From Flavobacteriaceae bacterium (lineage in GTDB: Bacteria; Bacteroidota; Bacteroidia; UKL13-3): DNA of 64,000 bases. Below are positions 51,301-60,952 of this stretch, piece by piece. The notes under the pieces are model-generated. The model was given only the letters and a program-made list of their open reading frames with translations, searched no databases and was not told where the DNA came from. The stretch spans positions 8,327 to 72,326 of the forward strand of contig SHWZ01000005.1 in NCBI GenBank assembly GCA_009693575.1, given 5' to 3'. Position 1 is the stretch's first letter; the number at the start of each line of letters is the position of its first letter. The translations under genes were made by a program, and so were the position numbers.

Positions 51301-54300
51301 TTATTCCAACCAACAGCTATTTGGTGTTATGTGAAGATTCGGTGAAGTTCAAACAATCGAATCCCCTTGTAAAAAACCTCCTTGGCAACCTAGGCTTTTC
51401 GCTGGGTAACAATAGCGATTCCATTACCCTGAAAGACTGGACGGGTAAGACTCTACAAAAATTTGCATATAGTGACACCATGCCTTGGCCACAACTGACT
51501 GATGGCTGGGGTCGCACCCTCGAACACCTCAACGATTCTGCCTATCCTAACCTACCCGAAAGTTGGTTCAACGGCTGTATTGGTGGCTCACCTGGGCAAA
51601 GATTTTCTCCATGCAATGAGGCAGTAGTTGTTTCTGAAATTAATTACAAATCGGATAGCAAGAATGATGCGGGAGACTGGGTGGAGTTGCACAACAGTAC
51701 CAGCAGTGCAATCAATTTAGGGGGTTGGAAGTTCTATGACAACGATGACAACGCTGTCTATACAATTCCAAAAAACACTACTATTGCGGCCAGTGGATAT
51801 TTGGTTCTTGCTAGCAGTATCAGCAAGTTTCAAAATATATATCCAAACGTGGGCAATGCAGTTGGCTCATTCAGTTTCGGGCTGAACGCCAGTGGCGAAG
51901 TATTGCGACTCTTTGATAGCATGGGTAACCTCCAGTTCAACATGCGTTATGACCGCAAACAACCTCAATGGCCCTACAAACCAGACGGGTTAGGATATAC
52001 TTTGGAAATAAAGGATTCTACATTGGATTATTCATCAGGTGAAAGTTGGACAAGTGGGTGCTATCTTGGTTCTCCAGGCAATGCAAGAAACTTTTGCAAA
52101 GAAGATTTAACCATTTCAGAAATTAACCCAAATATGGAAACTTCGCTTGATAAGGGCGACTATTTGGAATTATATAATTTCGGGACACATGATTTACAAC
52201 TTGGTGGCTGGCTTTTGAAAACAAGAACCCAAAACTGGATTTTTCCCAAAGGTACAGAAATAAAAAATGGGAGACGTCTTCTACTTTGTGGTATCGATAG
52301 CAATCTTTCTTCTTGGAATCACTTGGCTTTGCAAGGGTTTTATTTGGATAATACTTCGGATTCCATACTGCTTACGGACGAAAATGGCAATGTGGTTCTA
52401 GCCGCCAATTATGATCAAGTTTCAGGGTATCCCGAGATGGTTTTTGGCAAAGGTTTTACCTTTGAGTTAAAGACCGATACCGCCAATCTCCTTAATCCCT
52501 TTTCATGGTTTGCGGGTTGCTTGGGAGGTAGCCCAGGAGTAGCCTACAAACCGTGTGCTTCTAATATTTTAGTGTCTGAAATTAACTATAGTTCCGCCCC
52601 TGAAATAGATGCAGGCGATTGGCTGGAATTATATAATTCAACGGCCAATGCAATTTCGCTGAGCAGCTGGAGTCTAACAACTAAACAAATCAATTCCAAA
52701 CTAAGTACGATAAATATACAATCTTCTTCTCGTTTAGTATTAGCAGCCGATTCCATCAAATTCAGCAAACAGTTTCCAGCGGTTCGCAATGTGGTTTTTT
52801 ATTCAAGCATAAACCTAGACAGCTACACTGATTATATAAAGCTATACGATAGTGCAGGCACTTTGAAACTTAGTCTAGGCTATCATTCTACAACACCCTG
52901 GGATGTGTATGCCGCCAGTAATGGATATACTTTGGAGCTAAAAAATGGCCTCATTAATCCAACGAATTTTTCTGAGCCTGTATCGTGGCAGCATGGGTGC
53001 TTGGGAGGTAGCCCCGGAGATAGCACCGGTAGTTGTGTGGCCGAAATTTCTGTTTCTGAGCTTAGCCTAAAACCTGACACTTTGCTCAATAGTGGCAAAT
53101 GGATTGAGCTTCACAATTTTGGAAATAAACCGCAAAACCTGTTAGGCTTCTCAGTTTTTGTAAGTGGTAATAGTTATGTTTTCAAACAAAATAATTGGCT
53201 CCACCCCAATGGCTATTTGCCTTTAGCTATGGATTCTTCATTATTTAACAAGGCCTATAAAATACGTTCCACTGGCCAAATTAATCTGGATTCAATAGCC
53301 ACAAATGCGAGTATTCTATTGGCTGATGAAAAAGGCAGAAACATTTACAAATCAGGATATGTCTTATCAAACAGCTTACTCGGATATGGACCTACCTTGG
53401 AAAGCCGGAATGATACCGGAGCGACTACCTCCAATTGGTTCCTCGGATGTCCGGGTGGCTCTCCAGGTGCTGCATTTTCATTATGTTCCTTCAATCCCTT
53501 GATTGCTGAAATAAATACAAACCCAGACCCAAAGCTCGATGATGGTCAGTGGCTTGAAATATGGAATAAAGATAGCATAACAACACTTGACCTTAGTGGA
53601 TGGGCTGTTGGTGGAGACGCAGCTGCTTTGGCATTTACCCTTCCGTCCAAAATCATCCTGAAACCTAATGCTCGTTTGGTACTTTGTTCGGATACTTTGA
53701 AGTTCAAAGCGGTTCATCCTTTTAGCAAAAACTATATTGGAAACATAAGCTTCAAATTGGACAGCACGGGCGTTTTAAGACTTTGGAGCCAACAAGTCCA
53801 GCCAGAGCTCGTGTTATTTTATCACAACATTTACCAACAGCCCGGCTATTCATTGGAATTGCTAAAAGTAGATAACCAGCTAGAAGGATTTTCAAATACC
53901 GCAGCATGGCAAAAGGGCTGTTATACTGGTTCGCCCACTTTGCCCTATGAGTCTTGTAACACATCTATCTGGGTCTCGGAAATAAACTACCACAGCAGCT
54001 TGGCCAATGATGCTGGCGATTGGCTTGAACTATGGAACAAAACTGCTTTACCATTTTTAATGAATGGTTGGAATATCCTGAATGAGTCTGGGAAGCGTAT
54101 TGCGTTGGGCAATCTCACTGTCCCTGAAGATTCTTTCTGGGTGATAGCCTCAGACTCTGTCAAATTTGCTAAGCAACACCCAGCTGTAAGCAACGAAACA
54201 TTCGAATCTTTCTCCTTGACTAATACCGATCGCCTTCGCTTATACAGTGGGGATGGCCGTCTTCATTGGATGCAAAAATGGAGTAACATCTCCCCATGGA

Positions 54301-54677
54301 ACGACTCGGCCGATGGACTGGGCTATACGCTGGAATTAAACTTGAAAGCGTCTGACCCTACTCAGCCGCAAAGCTGGTTCATTGGCTGCTTTGGTGGTTC
54401 GCCGAACAAGAGGTTTCAATCGTGCGTAAAATCTGGAATAAGTCAGGGGCAAATTAACAATAACGAATTGCGAATTTATCCAAACCCAGCCAAAAACGAA
54501 ATCACCATTGATTGTTTAGATTTATTCAGACAAACGCTTACTATTGTGGATATGCTAGGTAGAACCACATATGAAACCTCATTTCAGGGCAAAACAATTT
54601 TGCCAGTGGCTGATTGGTCCAGGGGCATATATATAATCAACATTGGTAGTTCAAGGGTGAAGTTGGTGATTGATTAA
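48363..54677 (+). CDS. Large T9SS cargo: lamin-tail domains + Fn3-like + CotH kinase + CTD
   Basis: INE..WVELYN LTD motifs; CotH motifs FLNGLYWGVYQIREK, NNDW..NN and WDTDFG; IYPNPA CTD. Confidence 0.93.
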   Translation: MNNTFLSLFLFWLAMSIGNKNQAQVVINELQGMNLGNILDEDGQPSNWVELYNSDSFDVNLQGYFLSNKNDKQQRWPLPPIILQSGKHLLIFTSGKDRSYFIDHWETPVWYNDMWKYRVPAANMANWNQPNFNDALWANGKGGIGFGDGDDSTNVGTCTSLYLRKKFDVTDTAQVLKMLFALDYDDGYVAYLNGQEIARNGLGGNPPNWNDLASINHEAVIYTGGQPDTVSVLSNVFKGLLKPTGNLLAIEIHNNTGNSTDMSAIPFLSLAITDSGQWYPSHNLSWIPSSGKNYFHTNFTTKRNTTVYLSDASGKILDEKSTGYLDSGLVAARIPDGKNWCISATETPDSSNNGQKCIAGYAPTPSFNLKAGFYNSNQSLALSSPNNKCIIRFTTNCKEPDSSSKLFTGSIILQKSTVVKARCFDTSGSMLPSKVVTNSYFIKESVDLPVISISADSSDIWDYYKGIYVYGPNADSVNFPYFGSNFWQNWEKPCHVEYFKPSKKGNQLFELDAGLSIHGNWSKGFPQRSFRIETRNMYDSSKINYPLWDVRGYSEIENFNIRNAGIDWMNCHLRDDVMQQNVLNTHNDIMASQPCVVFLNGLYWGVYQIREKQDQDYLKAIHGIDPANVDILKWNNSVERGDGTDWTNLYSFISSSDMTQANSYDSLTKLVDIENYADYFASETYYVNNDWLGDWTNNIKFWKEKKQGRKWRYIMWDTDFGLGLSSSPDYDKLYALRYPNSWNWHSVMFDTIITNSNFRKYFVNRYADLINTVFLPSHLKTTLKEFVDTMDDEMLRSYKRWTAQTDLTNWQNNLTNMRNFIDARPAYARNFIQSNFNLGGQVTLTLDVQPAGAGKIHISTITPTKYPWNGVYFNGVPVMITAIANPGYTFSHYAIGAATDSSQSVLKNYTSSTTIKAYFTGGKMALKLAVSEINYNSPDTIDPGNWVELHNYGNYPLDISEYTLHTQGDFRKFSIPLGTVIPTNSYLVLCEDSVKFKQSNPLVKNLLGNLGFSLGNNSDSITLKDWTGKTLQKFAYSDTMPWPQLTDGWGRTLEHLNDSAYPNLPESWFNGCIGGSPGQRFSPCNEAVVVSEINYKSDSKNDAGDWVELHNSTSSAINLGGWKFYDNDDNAVYTIPKNTTIAASGYLVLASSISKFQNIYPNVGNAVGSFSFGLNASGEVLRLFDSMGNLQFNMRYDRKQPQWPYKPDGLGYTLEIKDSTLDYSSGESWTSGCYLGSPGNARNFCKEDLTISEINPNMETSLDKGDYLELYNFGTHDLQLGGWLLKTRTQNWIFPKGTEIKNGRRLLLCGIDSNLSSWNHLALQGFYLDNTSDSILLTDENGNVVLAANYDQVSGYPEMVFGKGFTFELKTDTANLLNPFSWFAGCLGGSPGVAYKPCASNILVSEINYSSAPEIDAGDWLELYNSTANAISLSSWSLTTKQINSKLSTINIQSSSRLVLAADSIKFSKQFPAVRNVVFYSSINLDSYTDYIKLYDSAGTLKLSLGYHSTTPWDVYAASNGYTLELKNGLINPTNFSEPVSWQHGCLGGSPGDSTGSCVAEISVSELSLKPDTLLNSGKWIELHNFGNKPQNLLGFSVFVSGNSYVFKQNNWLHPNGYLPLAMDSSLFNKAYKIRSTGQINLDSIATNASILLADEKGRNIYKSGYVLSNSLLGYGPTLESRNDTGATTSNWFLGCPGGSPGAAFSLCSFNPLIAEINTNPDPKLDDGQWLEIWNKDSITTLDLSGWAVGGDAAALAFTLPSKIILKPNARLVLCSDTLKFKAVHPFSKNYIGNISFKLDSTGVLRLWSQQVQPELVLFYHNIYQQPGYSLELLKVDNQLEGFSNTAAWQKGCYTGSPTLPYESCNTSIWVSEINYHSSLANDAGDWLELWNKTALPFLMNGWNILNESGKRIALGNLTVPEDSFWVIASDSVKFAKQHPAVSNETFESFSLTNTDRLRLYSGDGRLHWMQKWSNISPWNDSADGLGYTLELNLKASDPTQPQSWFIGCFGGSPNKRFQSCVKSGISQGQINNNELRIYPNPAKNEITIDCLDLFRQTLTIVDMLGRTTYETSFQGKTILPVADWSRGIYIINIGSSRVKLVID

Positions 54678-54798
54678 CTACTAAAAGTTAGCCCTTTGCC
54701 ATGCTCACAAAAATGGGCAACTTGCGAAAGCCAGTGTTCACATCAGCAAAAACTTCCTTCGAGTGTATCAGCCTCAGCCCCATATTTGTGCCGTCATT

Positions 54799-55770
54799 AT
54801 GGCTCCTGAAAAAATAGAAGTAAGTCAGCAACAAGTGTCTTCAATGGTGAAGCTGTTGGACGACAACGACCAAGAGGTGAGCCGCCATGTAGAAGACAAG
54901 TTGTTGAGCTACGGGGCAAGTGTGGTGCAGCTGCTGCAAACCGAATGGGAAACTAGCTTTGAGGCTATCATTCAACAGAAGCTGGAAAATTTGATAGCCA
55001 AAATACAATTTGATGATGTAAAAAAATGCCTGACTGCTTGGGCTGCCAACAGTGAAGAAGACCTGCTGGAAGGTGTATGTGTTATTGCCCGTTACAAATA
55101 TCCAGATCTCGACAAGCAGGAGATTAGCAATATGTTGGATAAGATTAGGTTGGATATTTGGCTTGAGTTACACTACCAACTGTCTTCGCTTGAAAAGGTC
55201 AAGATAATAAACCATGTGCTTTTCAACTTGTATGGCTTCAATGCCAATGTGAACCACTATCACTCACCACAAAATTCTTACATAAACAATGTGTTGGAGA
55301 GTCGGAAGGGAAATCCGATTTCGCTCTCAGTGGTGTACCAATTGGTGGCTCAGCGGCTCAATATTCCTATTTATGGCGTGAACCTGCCCCAACATTTTGT
55401 GCTAGCCTACTGTAATGATAGTGGGCTGGAAACTCTTGACCATTTCAAAGACCCGATTGATTTGAACAACTTTAACAAAGGTCGCATCCTTTTTTACATC
55501 AATGCCTTCAACCGAGGAGCGGTGCTATCACTCGCGAATATTGAGCAGTTTGTAAAACAACTGAACCTGCCTCACGATCCACATTATTTTGCCCCTTGCA
55601 CCAATTTGAATATAGCCAAGCGGATGCTACGAAATCTGCAACATGCCTATGCTCATCATAACGACCCCAACCGCGAAAGGGATGTGCGTGAGATGCTGGC
55701 CATACTTGGCGAAGTGCAGGTAGAACAAGAGCCGGGCCTTGATGCGAGTGATGGGGAGGAAGAGGATTAA
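54799..55770 (+). CDS. Transglutaminase-like SirB1/YchA family protein
   Basis: NSYINNVLESRKGNPISLSVVY..GVNLPQHF motif. Confidence 0.9.
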   Translation: MAPEKIEVSQQQVSSMVKLLDDNDQEVSRHVEDKLLSYGASVVQLLQTEWETSFEAIIQQKLENLIAKIQFDDVKKCLTAWAANSEEDLLEGVCVIARYKYPDLDKQEISNMLDKIRLDIWLELHYQLSSLEKVKIINHVLFNLYGFNANVNHYHSPQNSYINNVLESRKGNPISLSVVYQLVAQRLNIPIYGVNLPQHFVLAYCNDSGLETLDHFKDPIDLNNFNKGRILFYINAFNRGAVLSLANIEQFVKQLNLPHDPHYFAPCTNLNIAKRMLRNLQHAYAHHNDPNRERDVREMLAILGEVQVEQEPGLDASDGEEED

Positions 55771-55773
55771 CAT

Positions 55774-55809
55774 AAAAAACCCCGCCGAATTATTTTACGG
55801 CAGGGCTTT
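55774..55809. terminator. Intrinsic terminator (mainly minus strand)
   Basis: AAAAAACCCCGCCG-loop-CGGCAGGGCTTT. Confidence 0.7.
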
Positions 55810-55836
55810 GGGTGTGTATCAGCTATAGTGAATTTT

Positions 55837-56157
55837 TTAGGCTATGCTAGGTATCATGCCCGGGCGGTATTGCGTTCGCAGTATGTCCAACTGCATTAGT
55901 ATGCGGTTGTTTAGTTCTATCAGCATCTTCACCTGGTTTCGCACCAGTGGGCGGTCTTGCTTTATTTTTGGTAGAAATTGTATGAGGTTGGAAAATGTGC
56001 AAGACAGTATGTTTTGCCGCTTTTCGAACATTGGAAGCTCCAACTCGAAGGTTCTGCTTTGGGGGTTTAGGTTTGAAAGCCCCGCCTCTACTTCCATCAT
56101 CCGCGACTGCAGGCCGCTAAGTTCTTTGTTGTAATTTTCTAAGTTAATATGTTTCAT
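55837..56157 (-). CDS. Hypothetical helical protein
   Basis: 106-aa ORF with ATG start and a downstream terminator. Confidence 0.65.
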   Translation of the reverse strand: MKHINLENYNKELSGLQSRMMEVEAGLSNLNPQSRTFELELPMFEKRQNILSCTFSNLIQFLPKIKQDRPLVRNQVKMLIELNNRILMQLDILRTQYRPGMIPSIA

Positions 56158-56899
56158 TACTGTGTGTTATTTGATATTGCAAGATTCGGCCATAAATCTT
56201 TCGCAATGTTTCAAATTTCTTGTAAAATGTTACATATCGTCAACGAATGGTAAAATATCTGCCATTTATCGTGGCAGTTTTTTTAGAAATAATTTTTCTT
56301 AGCCCCGCAATAAATTCCTACTATTGTGGTTAGTTAATTCCTACTAACCTAAAAATCAAATGAAAACCACAATCACTCTTTGGCTAATTAGCCAAATGGC
56401 TACTGCCCAATTTGGAACTTATCATGTGTGGGACTAAGTAAACCAAAGTGCGGTGCATCGACAGCAGAACGATTCCAAGCAAAAACCTTGGATTGACAGC
56501 ACTCGCAATAGCAAAGTGTACAAGTATATGTCGGTTTCATTCAAACTGGGCAAAGGCGGGAAGATGAAAATGACTGACTCAACTATTTCGACCAAAAACA
56601 GCCACGGTTACTACGATCACACCATCAGCTACAACAGCAAGGGTAGGTTGTTTTGGGAGAAAACCATAGGGAGGAATGAAAAAGGAAGGATGCTATGTTA
56701 CCAACAAACGTATTACCAGAAAAAGAAAAAATCGCGAACCTCGGCTTACTTATCAGAACAAGCTGCGGTAGGATATTTTGGAAAAAGGGGGTTCGTTGGG
56801 GAAGCAATGGGGGGGTATAACACATATAGGCTTTTTGGCAAAAACCTTTTAACCGAAACGGATGTTAAATATTATAGGAAAAACAATAAACTACATAAA

Positions 56900-57123
56900 A
56901 GATGGAAAAATTACCACCGAACAACTTGAACACTGGCTCGCCAGAAAACCAACTGATGCTACACAACTTGAAAGACTTATTGGAAATAACAGACTTGAGG
57001 CAGAGCATGGAAGAATCATCGCAGAGCATGGAAGAGTCGTTGCAGAGCATGAGAGAGTCGTTGCAGATACTTCAGGAAGAATTAGCACGGCGAAAATTGC
57101 TGAATCTCTAAAGCGATTAGATG
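56900..57123 (+). other. 219-bp insertion flanked by AGATG direct repeats
   Basis: AGATG at 56900-04 and 57119-23; ORFs 56453 and 57185 on either side share one frame. Confidence 0.65.
57000..57067 (+). repeat. 21-bp tandem repeat, 3 copies plus a partial
   Basis: GCAGAGCATGGAAGAATCATC / GCAGAGCATGGAAGAGTCGTT / GCAGAGCATGAGAGAGTCGTT / GCAGA. Confidence 0.92.
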
Positions 57124-57205
57124 AACTTATAGCTCCGATGGACTGCTGACCGATGCCACCACGTTCAATGGCGATAGCAGCAAGATGATTGACCGTTACA
57201 TGCTG

Positions 57206-57235
57206 GCCAATATTGTTGCCGGCAACAATATTGGC
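57206..57235. repeat. Perfect 30-bp palindrome
   Basis: GCCAATATTGTTGCC|GGCAACAATATTGGC. Confidence 0.95.
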
Positions 57236-57764
57236 AGTATGCACTACGAAAAAAGCAAGCTGAGAAATAGAATGGTGTATGAGTATTATGACGATGGTGA
57301 AAAGAAAGCAACCAGGTACTTTACCCCCAAAAGAAAACTAAGCTATGTGACCAACTACGAATGCAAAAGCGTGGGGGTGACTCAGCCACCAAAGCAAAAG
57401 GACACCACGACCGTATGTGTTCGCAGCGACAGAGATGAACTTGGTAGGAGAATGGAGGTGAGCGAATATGCCTATGGAGGCAAAATGACCAAGTTCATCA
57501 ACTACTTTGATAGCCTAAGACCAAATGGTGGAGAACAATAGCTACAACCATAAAAACGAAATACGAACCCGATGGAAAGTAATTAGGATTGATAAAAACC
57601 ATACTCAGTATGTGGTGTACAAAAAGGGCGGGGGGGGAATTTATATATTAATGATTTAATTGACCACGCTGACGGAAGCGGCTACACCTCTACTTTTCTT
57701 TCAAAAGGAGTAAAACCATTGAGCATTACAAAAGGCTATAATTTTAAGCGGGAGTAATTACAGG

Positions 57765-59039
57765 TCAATCCTGTTCGCCAGCCCAAGGCTGAACCCGTAT
57801 CTCATCTATGCGTGTGCCGTCCATGCTCAGTATTTCAAATTCGTATTTGCCAGCGTGTATTTTTTGGCTTTGTTCGGGTACGCTTTCATGCACTGAGTAG
57901 ATGTAGCCGCCCAAGGTTTCGTATTCCCCATCGGGTAGTTTTAGGTCGTAGCGTTGGTTTAAGTGGTCAATCTCGAGACGGGCTGAAAAGATAAAAATGT
58001 CATCGCCTTCTTCCTTTTCGGTGAGTTGTTCCTCGTCAAATTCATCTTTTATCTCTCCAAATATTTCTTCCAAAATATCCTCGATGGTGACAATGCCAGC
58101 CGTTCCGCCAAACTCATCCACCACCGTAGCCATGCTTTTGCGGCTCGAGGTGAATTTATCCAGAAGTTCACGGGCAGGCATACTTTCAGTAGCTACCACT
58201 ATAGGTATTAGGCAGGAGCGTATATCTTTTGGCCTACTGAACATACTGGTTTGATGCACGTAGCCAATAATGAGATCCACACTTTCTTCGTAAACCAAAA
58301 CCTTGCTGTGGCCGCTTTCGGTAAAGGATTGAAACAGCACATCCATCGGGTCTTTGACTTCCACGGCTACTATTTCTGTGCGAGGTATCATGCAGTCTCG
58401 TACTTTTACATTTCCAAAGTCTAAGGCATTCAAAAACATCTCTGTATCCACTTCTGCATCCTCGGCAATATCGACAGGAGCACTCTCGCTCACATATTGG
58501 TCAAGGTCTAATTTGTTAAACACTGGTTTGCCTTCATTCCACTCCATTTTCAGTATATCGTTTAGCAATCGCTTAGCAAGCCACATGATGAAATGCACCA
58601 ACGGATAGAACAAGTAATAGAAAAACAGGAACGGCACAGCCAGCAGTTGGAGCACCAAATCTGGATTGATTCGGAACAAAACTTTTGGCAAAAACTCAGC
58701 AGTGAACAAGATAAAAATGGTTGACACAAAAGATTCTACAAGCACTTTCAGTATTTCGCTATGATACAAGGCAGGTAATTGTAATTGTATCCATTCGTCT
58801 AGAATTCGGTTTTCGAAATAGATGGTATAGATAACTAGGCTAACACTGTTTCCAACCAGTGTCGTGCTGATAAATTTGCTTGGGGCTTTCACAAAAGGCG
58901 AAAGCAGCTTTGCCGAAAAATTCCCCTGCTTTGTTAGCAATTCCAGCCGCAGCTTGTTGGCCGAAATAAAGGCAATCTCTATCCCCGAAAAGAAGGCACA
59001 GGCCAGCAGGGTAAGCAGTATGACGACGGGGTCGCTCAT
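57765..59039 (-). CDS. HlyC/CorC family (CNNM + CBS + CorC) transporter
   Basis: FFSGIEIAF, AEFLPK, VVDEFGGTAGIVTIEDILEEIFGEI and YETLGG motifs. Confidence 0.94.
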   Translation of the reverse strand: MSDPVVILLTLLACAFFSGIEIAFISANKLRLELLTKQGNFSAKLLSPFVKAPSKFISTTLVGNSVSLVIYTIYFENRILDEWIQLQLPALYHSEILKVLVESFVSTIFILFTAEFLPKVLFRINPDLVLQLLAVPFLFFYYLFYPLVHFIMWLAKRLLNDILKMEWNEGKPVFNKLDLDQYVSESAPVDIAEDAEVDTEMFLNALDFGNVKVRDCMIPRTEIVAVEVKDPMDVLFQSFTESGHSKVLVYEESVDLIIGYVHQTSMFSRPKDIRSCLIPIVVATESMPARELLDKFTSSRKSMATVVDEFGGTAGIVTIEDILEEIFGEIKDEFDEEQLTEKEEGDDIFIFSARLEIDHLNQRYDLKLPDGEYETLGGYIYSVHESVPEQSQKIHAGKYEFEILSMDGTRIDEIRVQPWAGEQD

Positions 59040-59042
59040 GTA

Positions 59043-60176
59043 TTATTCAAAATAATTTAAGGTACTGAAACCGCCTTCTTGCAGGTATTGGTCTTTCTTC
59101 ACCCATTTCAAGTCCGCCAGCATCATATCGGCCACCAGCGATTGCAGGTGGTGCTTCGGGTTCCAACCCAATTGGGTGCGGGCTTTGGTAGCGTCTCCTA
59201 TCAGTAAGTCCACTTCTGTTGGTCGGAAATAACGGGGGTCAACCGCCACAATTTCCTGCCCAGCTTTCAACGAGCAATTCAAGCCCATTGCTTGCAGTTT
59301 GTCGGTGTCCAAGCTTTCCACAAAGCCAACTTCTTTGTCACCTTCCCCTTTGAAGCCAACCACAATACCCGCCTCAGCAAAGGCCATTTTCACAAAATCC
59401 CTAACAGCGGTGGTTGTTCCGGTGGCTATCACATAGTCTTCTGGTTTGTCTTGCTGCAATATCAGCCACATGGCTTCTACATAATCTTTGGCATGTCCCC
59501 AATCCCTCTTGGCTCCAAGGTTTCCAAGGTATACCTTGTCTTGCAAGCCCATTGCTATGCGGCTGGCCGCTCTGGTTATTTTCCGGGTCACAAACGTTTC
59601 GCCACGTACAGGGCTTTCGTGGTTGAACAAGATACCGTTGCAGGCATACATGCCATAGGCTTCGCGGTAGTTCACCGTTATCCAATATGCATACATCTTA
59701 GCCACCGCATAGGGTGACCGAGGATAGAAGGGAGTCTTTTCGCTTTGGGGCACCTCCTGCACCAGTCCATACAATTCGGAGGTACTTGCTTGGTATATTC
59801 TAGTTTTGTCAGTAAGCCCGGCCAGCCTTACTGCTTCCAGTATCCGCAGCGTTCCTGTTCCGTCGGCGTTGGCTGTGTATTCAGGTGTCTCAAAGCTTAC
59901 TTTCACATGGCTTTGTGCAGCCAGATTGTATATTTCGTCGGGTTTGGTTTCCTGTACTATGCGTATTAGGTTCGTGCTGTCCGTCATGTCGCCAAAATGC
60001 AGTTTGAAATGCACTTCCCGCTCGTGTTGGTCGCGGTAGAGGTGGTCAATACGGTCGGTATTGAACAGCGAAGATCGGCGTTTGATGCCATGCACCATAT
60101 ATCCTTTGCGAAGCAGGAACTCGGCCAGGTAAGCTCCGTCTTGCCCGGTGATGCCAGTGATGAGGGCGGTTTTCAT
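59043..60176 (-). CDS. gmd: GDP-mannose 4,6-dehydratase
   Basis: [28 protein letters not shown] and RDWGHA motifs. Confidence 0.98.
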   Translation of the reverse strand: MKTALITGITGQDGAYLAEFLLRKGYMVHGIKRRSSLFNTDRIDHLYRDQHEREVHFKLHFGDMTDSTNLIRIVQETKPDEIYNLAAQSHVKVSFETPEYTANADGTGTLRILEAVRLAGLTDKTRIYQASTSELYGLVQEVPQSEKTPFYPRSPYAVAKMYAYWITVNYREAYGMYACNGILFNHESPVRGETFVTRKITRAASRIAMGLQDKVYLGNLGAKRDWGHAKDYVEAMWLILQQDKPEDYVIATGTTTAVRDFVKMAFAEAGIVVGFKGEGDKEVGFVESLDTDKLQAMGLNCSLKAGQEIVAVDPRYFRPTEVDLLIGDATKARTQLGWNPKHHLQSLVADMMLADLKWVKKDQYLQEGGFSTLNYFE

Positions 60177-60288
60177 TTGTTGGGTGTCCCCTTTTTTGTT
60201 TTGGTTAAAGATGCGAAATTAAGGCCGGTGTGTGTTTCTAGCTTGAAATCAGTTGATGGGATTATTTTTGCCAAAAAATAATTCGACT

Positions 60289-60828
60289 ATGTTAGAAAAT
60301 CTTGGCATCGGCACCCGCCTCACACACGCAGACCTTGGCGAAGGCGTGGTGGTAAACGAAAAATCAGCCACTTATTCTGTGTGTTACATAAAACACGGAA
60401 TGCGTGAATTGCAAAAAACCGATTCGGAAAAAGTGACCGTGACCGACCAGCTCGACCCTGACGAAGACAACGTGAGCCTCTTCGATGTGGAACGCATCCT
60501 GACACATGTGGTAAAAAAATATATTGAATACCCGGAGCAAGTAGAACTGGGCGTGAAATGGAAAGGAGGCAAAATGATACTGAAGCCCGGCGACTCAGGC
60601 TTGGCCAGCAAGGAAGTTCCCATCGAACAATTCTTTCATAAAATAGTGATGGCCCGCGACCGCATGCGGACATTGGAGCAACGCATCAACGCCAACCCCA
60701 AGCTGGAAGACGAAGAAAAGGTGAACCTACAGCAGTATATCACCAAAGTGTACGGAAGCCTCACCACCTTCAATATATTCTTCAAAAACGAATCGGATAA
60801 GTTTGTGGGGGATAAGGGAGATTATTAA
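60289..60828 (+). CDS. Conserved hypothetical protein
   Basis: H..LGEGVV N-terminus; FFHKIVMARDRMR..LQQYITKVYGSLTTFN helical C-terminus. Confidence 0.8.
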   Translation: MLENLGIGTRLTHADLGEGVVVNEKSATYSVCYIKHGMRELQKTDSEKVTVTDQLDPDEDNVSLFDVERILTHVVKKYIEYPEQVELGVKWKGGKMILKPGDSGLASKEVPIEQFFHKIVMARDRMRTLEQRINANPKLEDEEKVNLQQYITKVYGSLTTFNIFFKNESDKFVGDKGDY

Positions 60829-60952
60829 GGGTGAGTGGACTCAGCGTGTACTTTAGCACCTCACCTCATATATCCACCAAGTCCCTACCCTGCTCATGCC
60901 AAGCTCTAAGAGACTCGGCTACGAAAAAATCACATAGTTTTGCCATCAAAAA

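Larger units (their letters stand above)
56360..57757 (+). pseudogene. Decayed secreted YD/MORN-like repeat protein gene
   Basis: ATG 56360, in-frame TAA at 56435, 219-bp insert, frameshift near 57518, G8 frameshift at 57630-37, final TAA at 57757. Motifs YNSKGRL, YEYYDDG and RDELGR. Confidence 0.8.

Noticed and set aside
52510-53020. Near-identical TGCTTGGGAGGTAGCCC at about 52518 and 52998 (DGR template/variable repeat?)
   Set aside because: The match is short and explained by the repeated GCLGGSPG motif. There is no reverse transcriptase or adenine-specific divergence.
57000-57067. Possible CRISPR array
   Set aside because: The units are contiguous with no spacers, and there are no cas genes in the window.
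56360-57757. Stop-codon recoding or programmed phase variation as the explanation for the broken gene
   Set aside because: The lesions are heterogeneous (TAA, TGA, insertion, frameshifts), so changing the G8 tract alone cannot restore the ORF. Other genes use all three stops normally.
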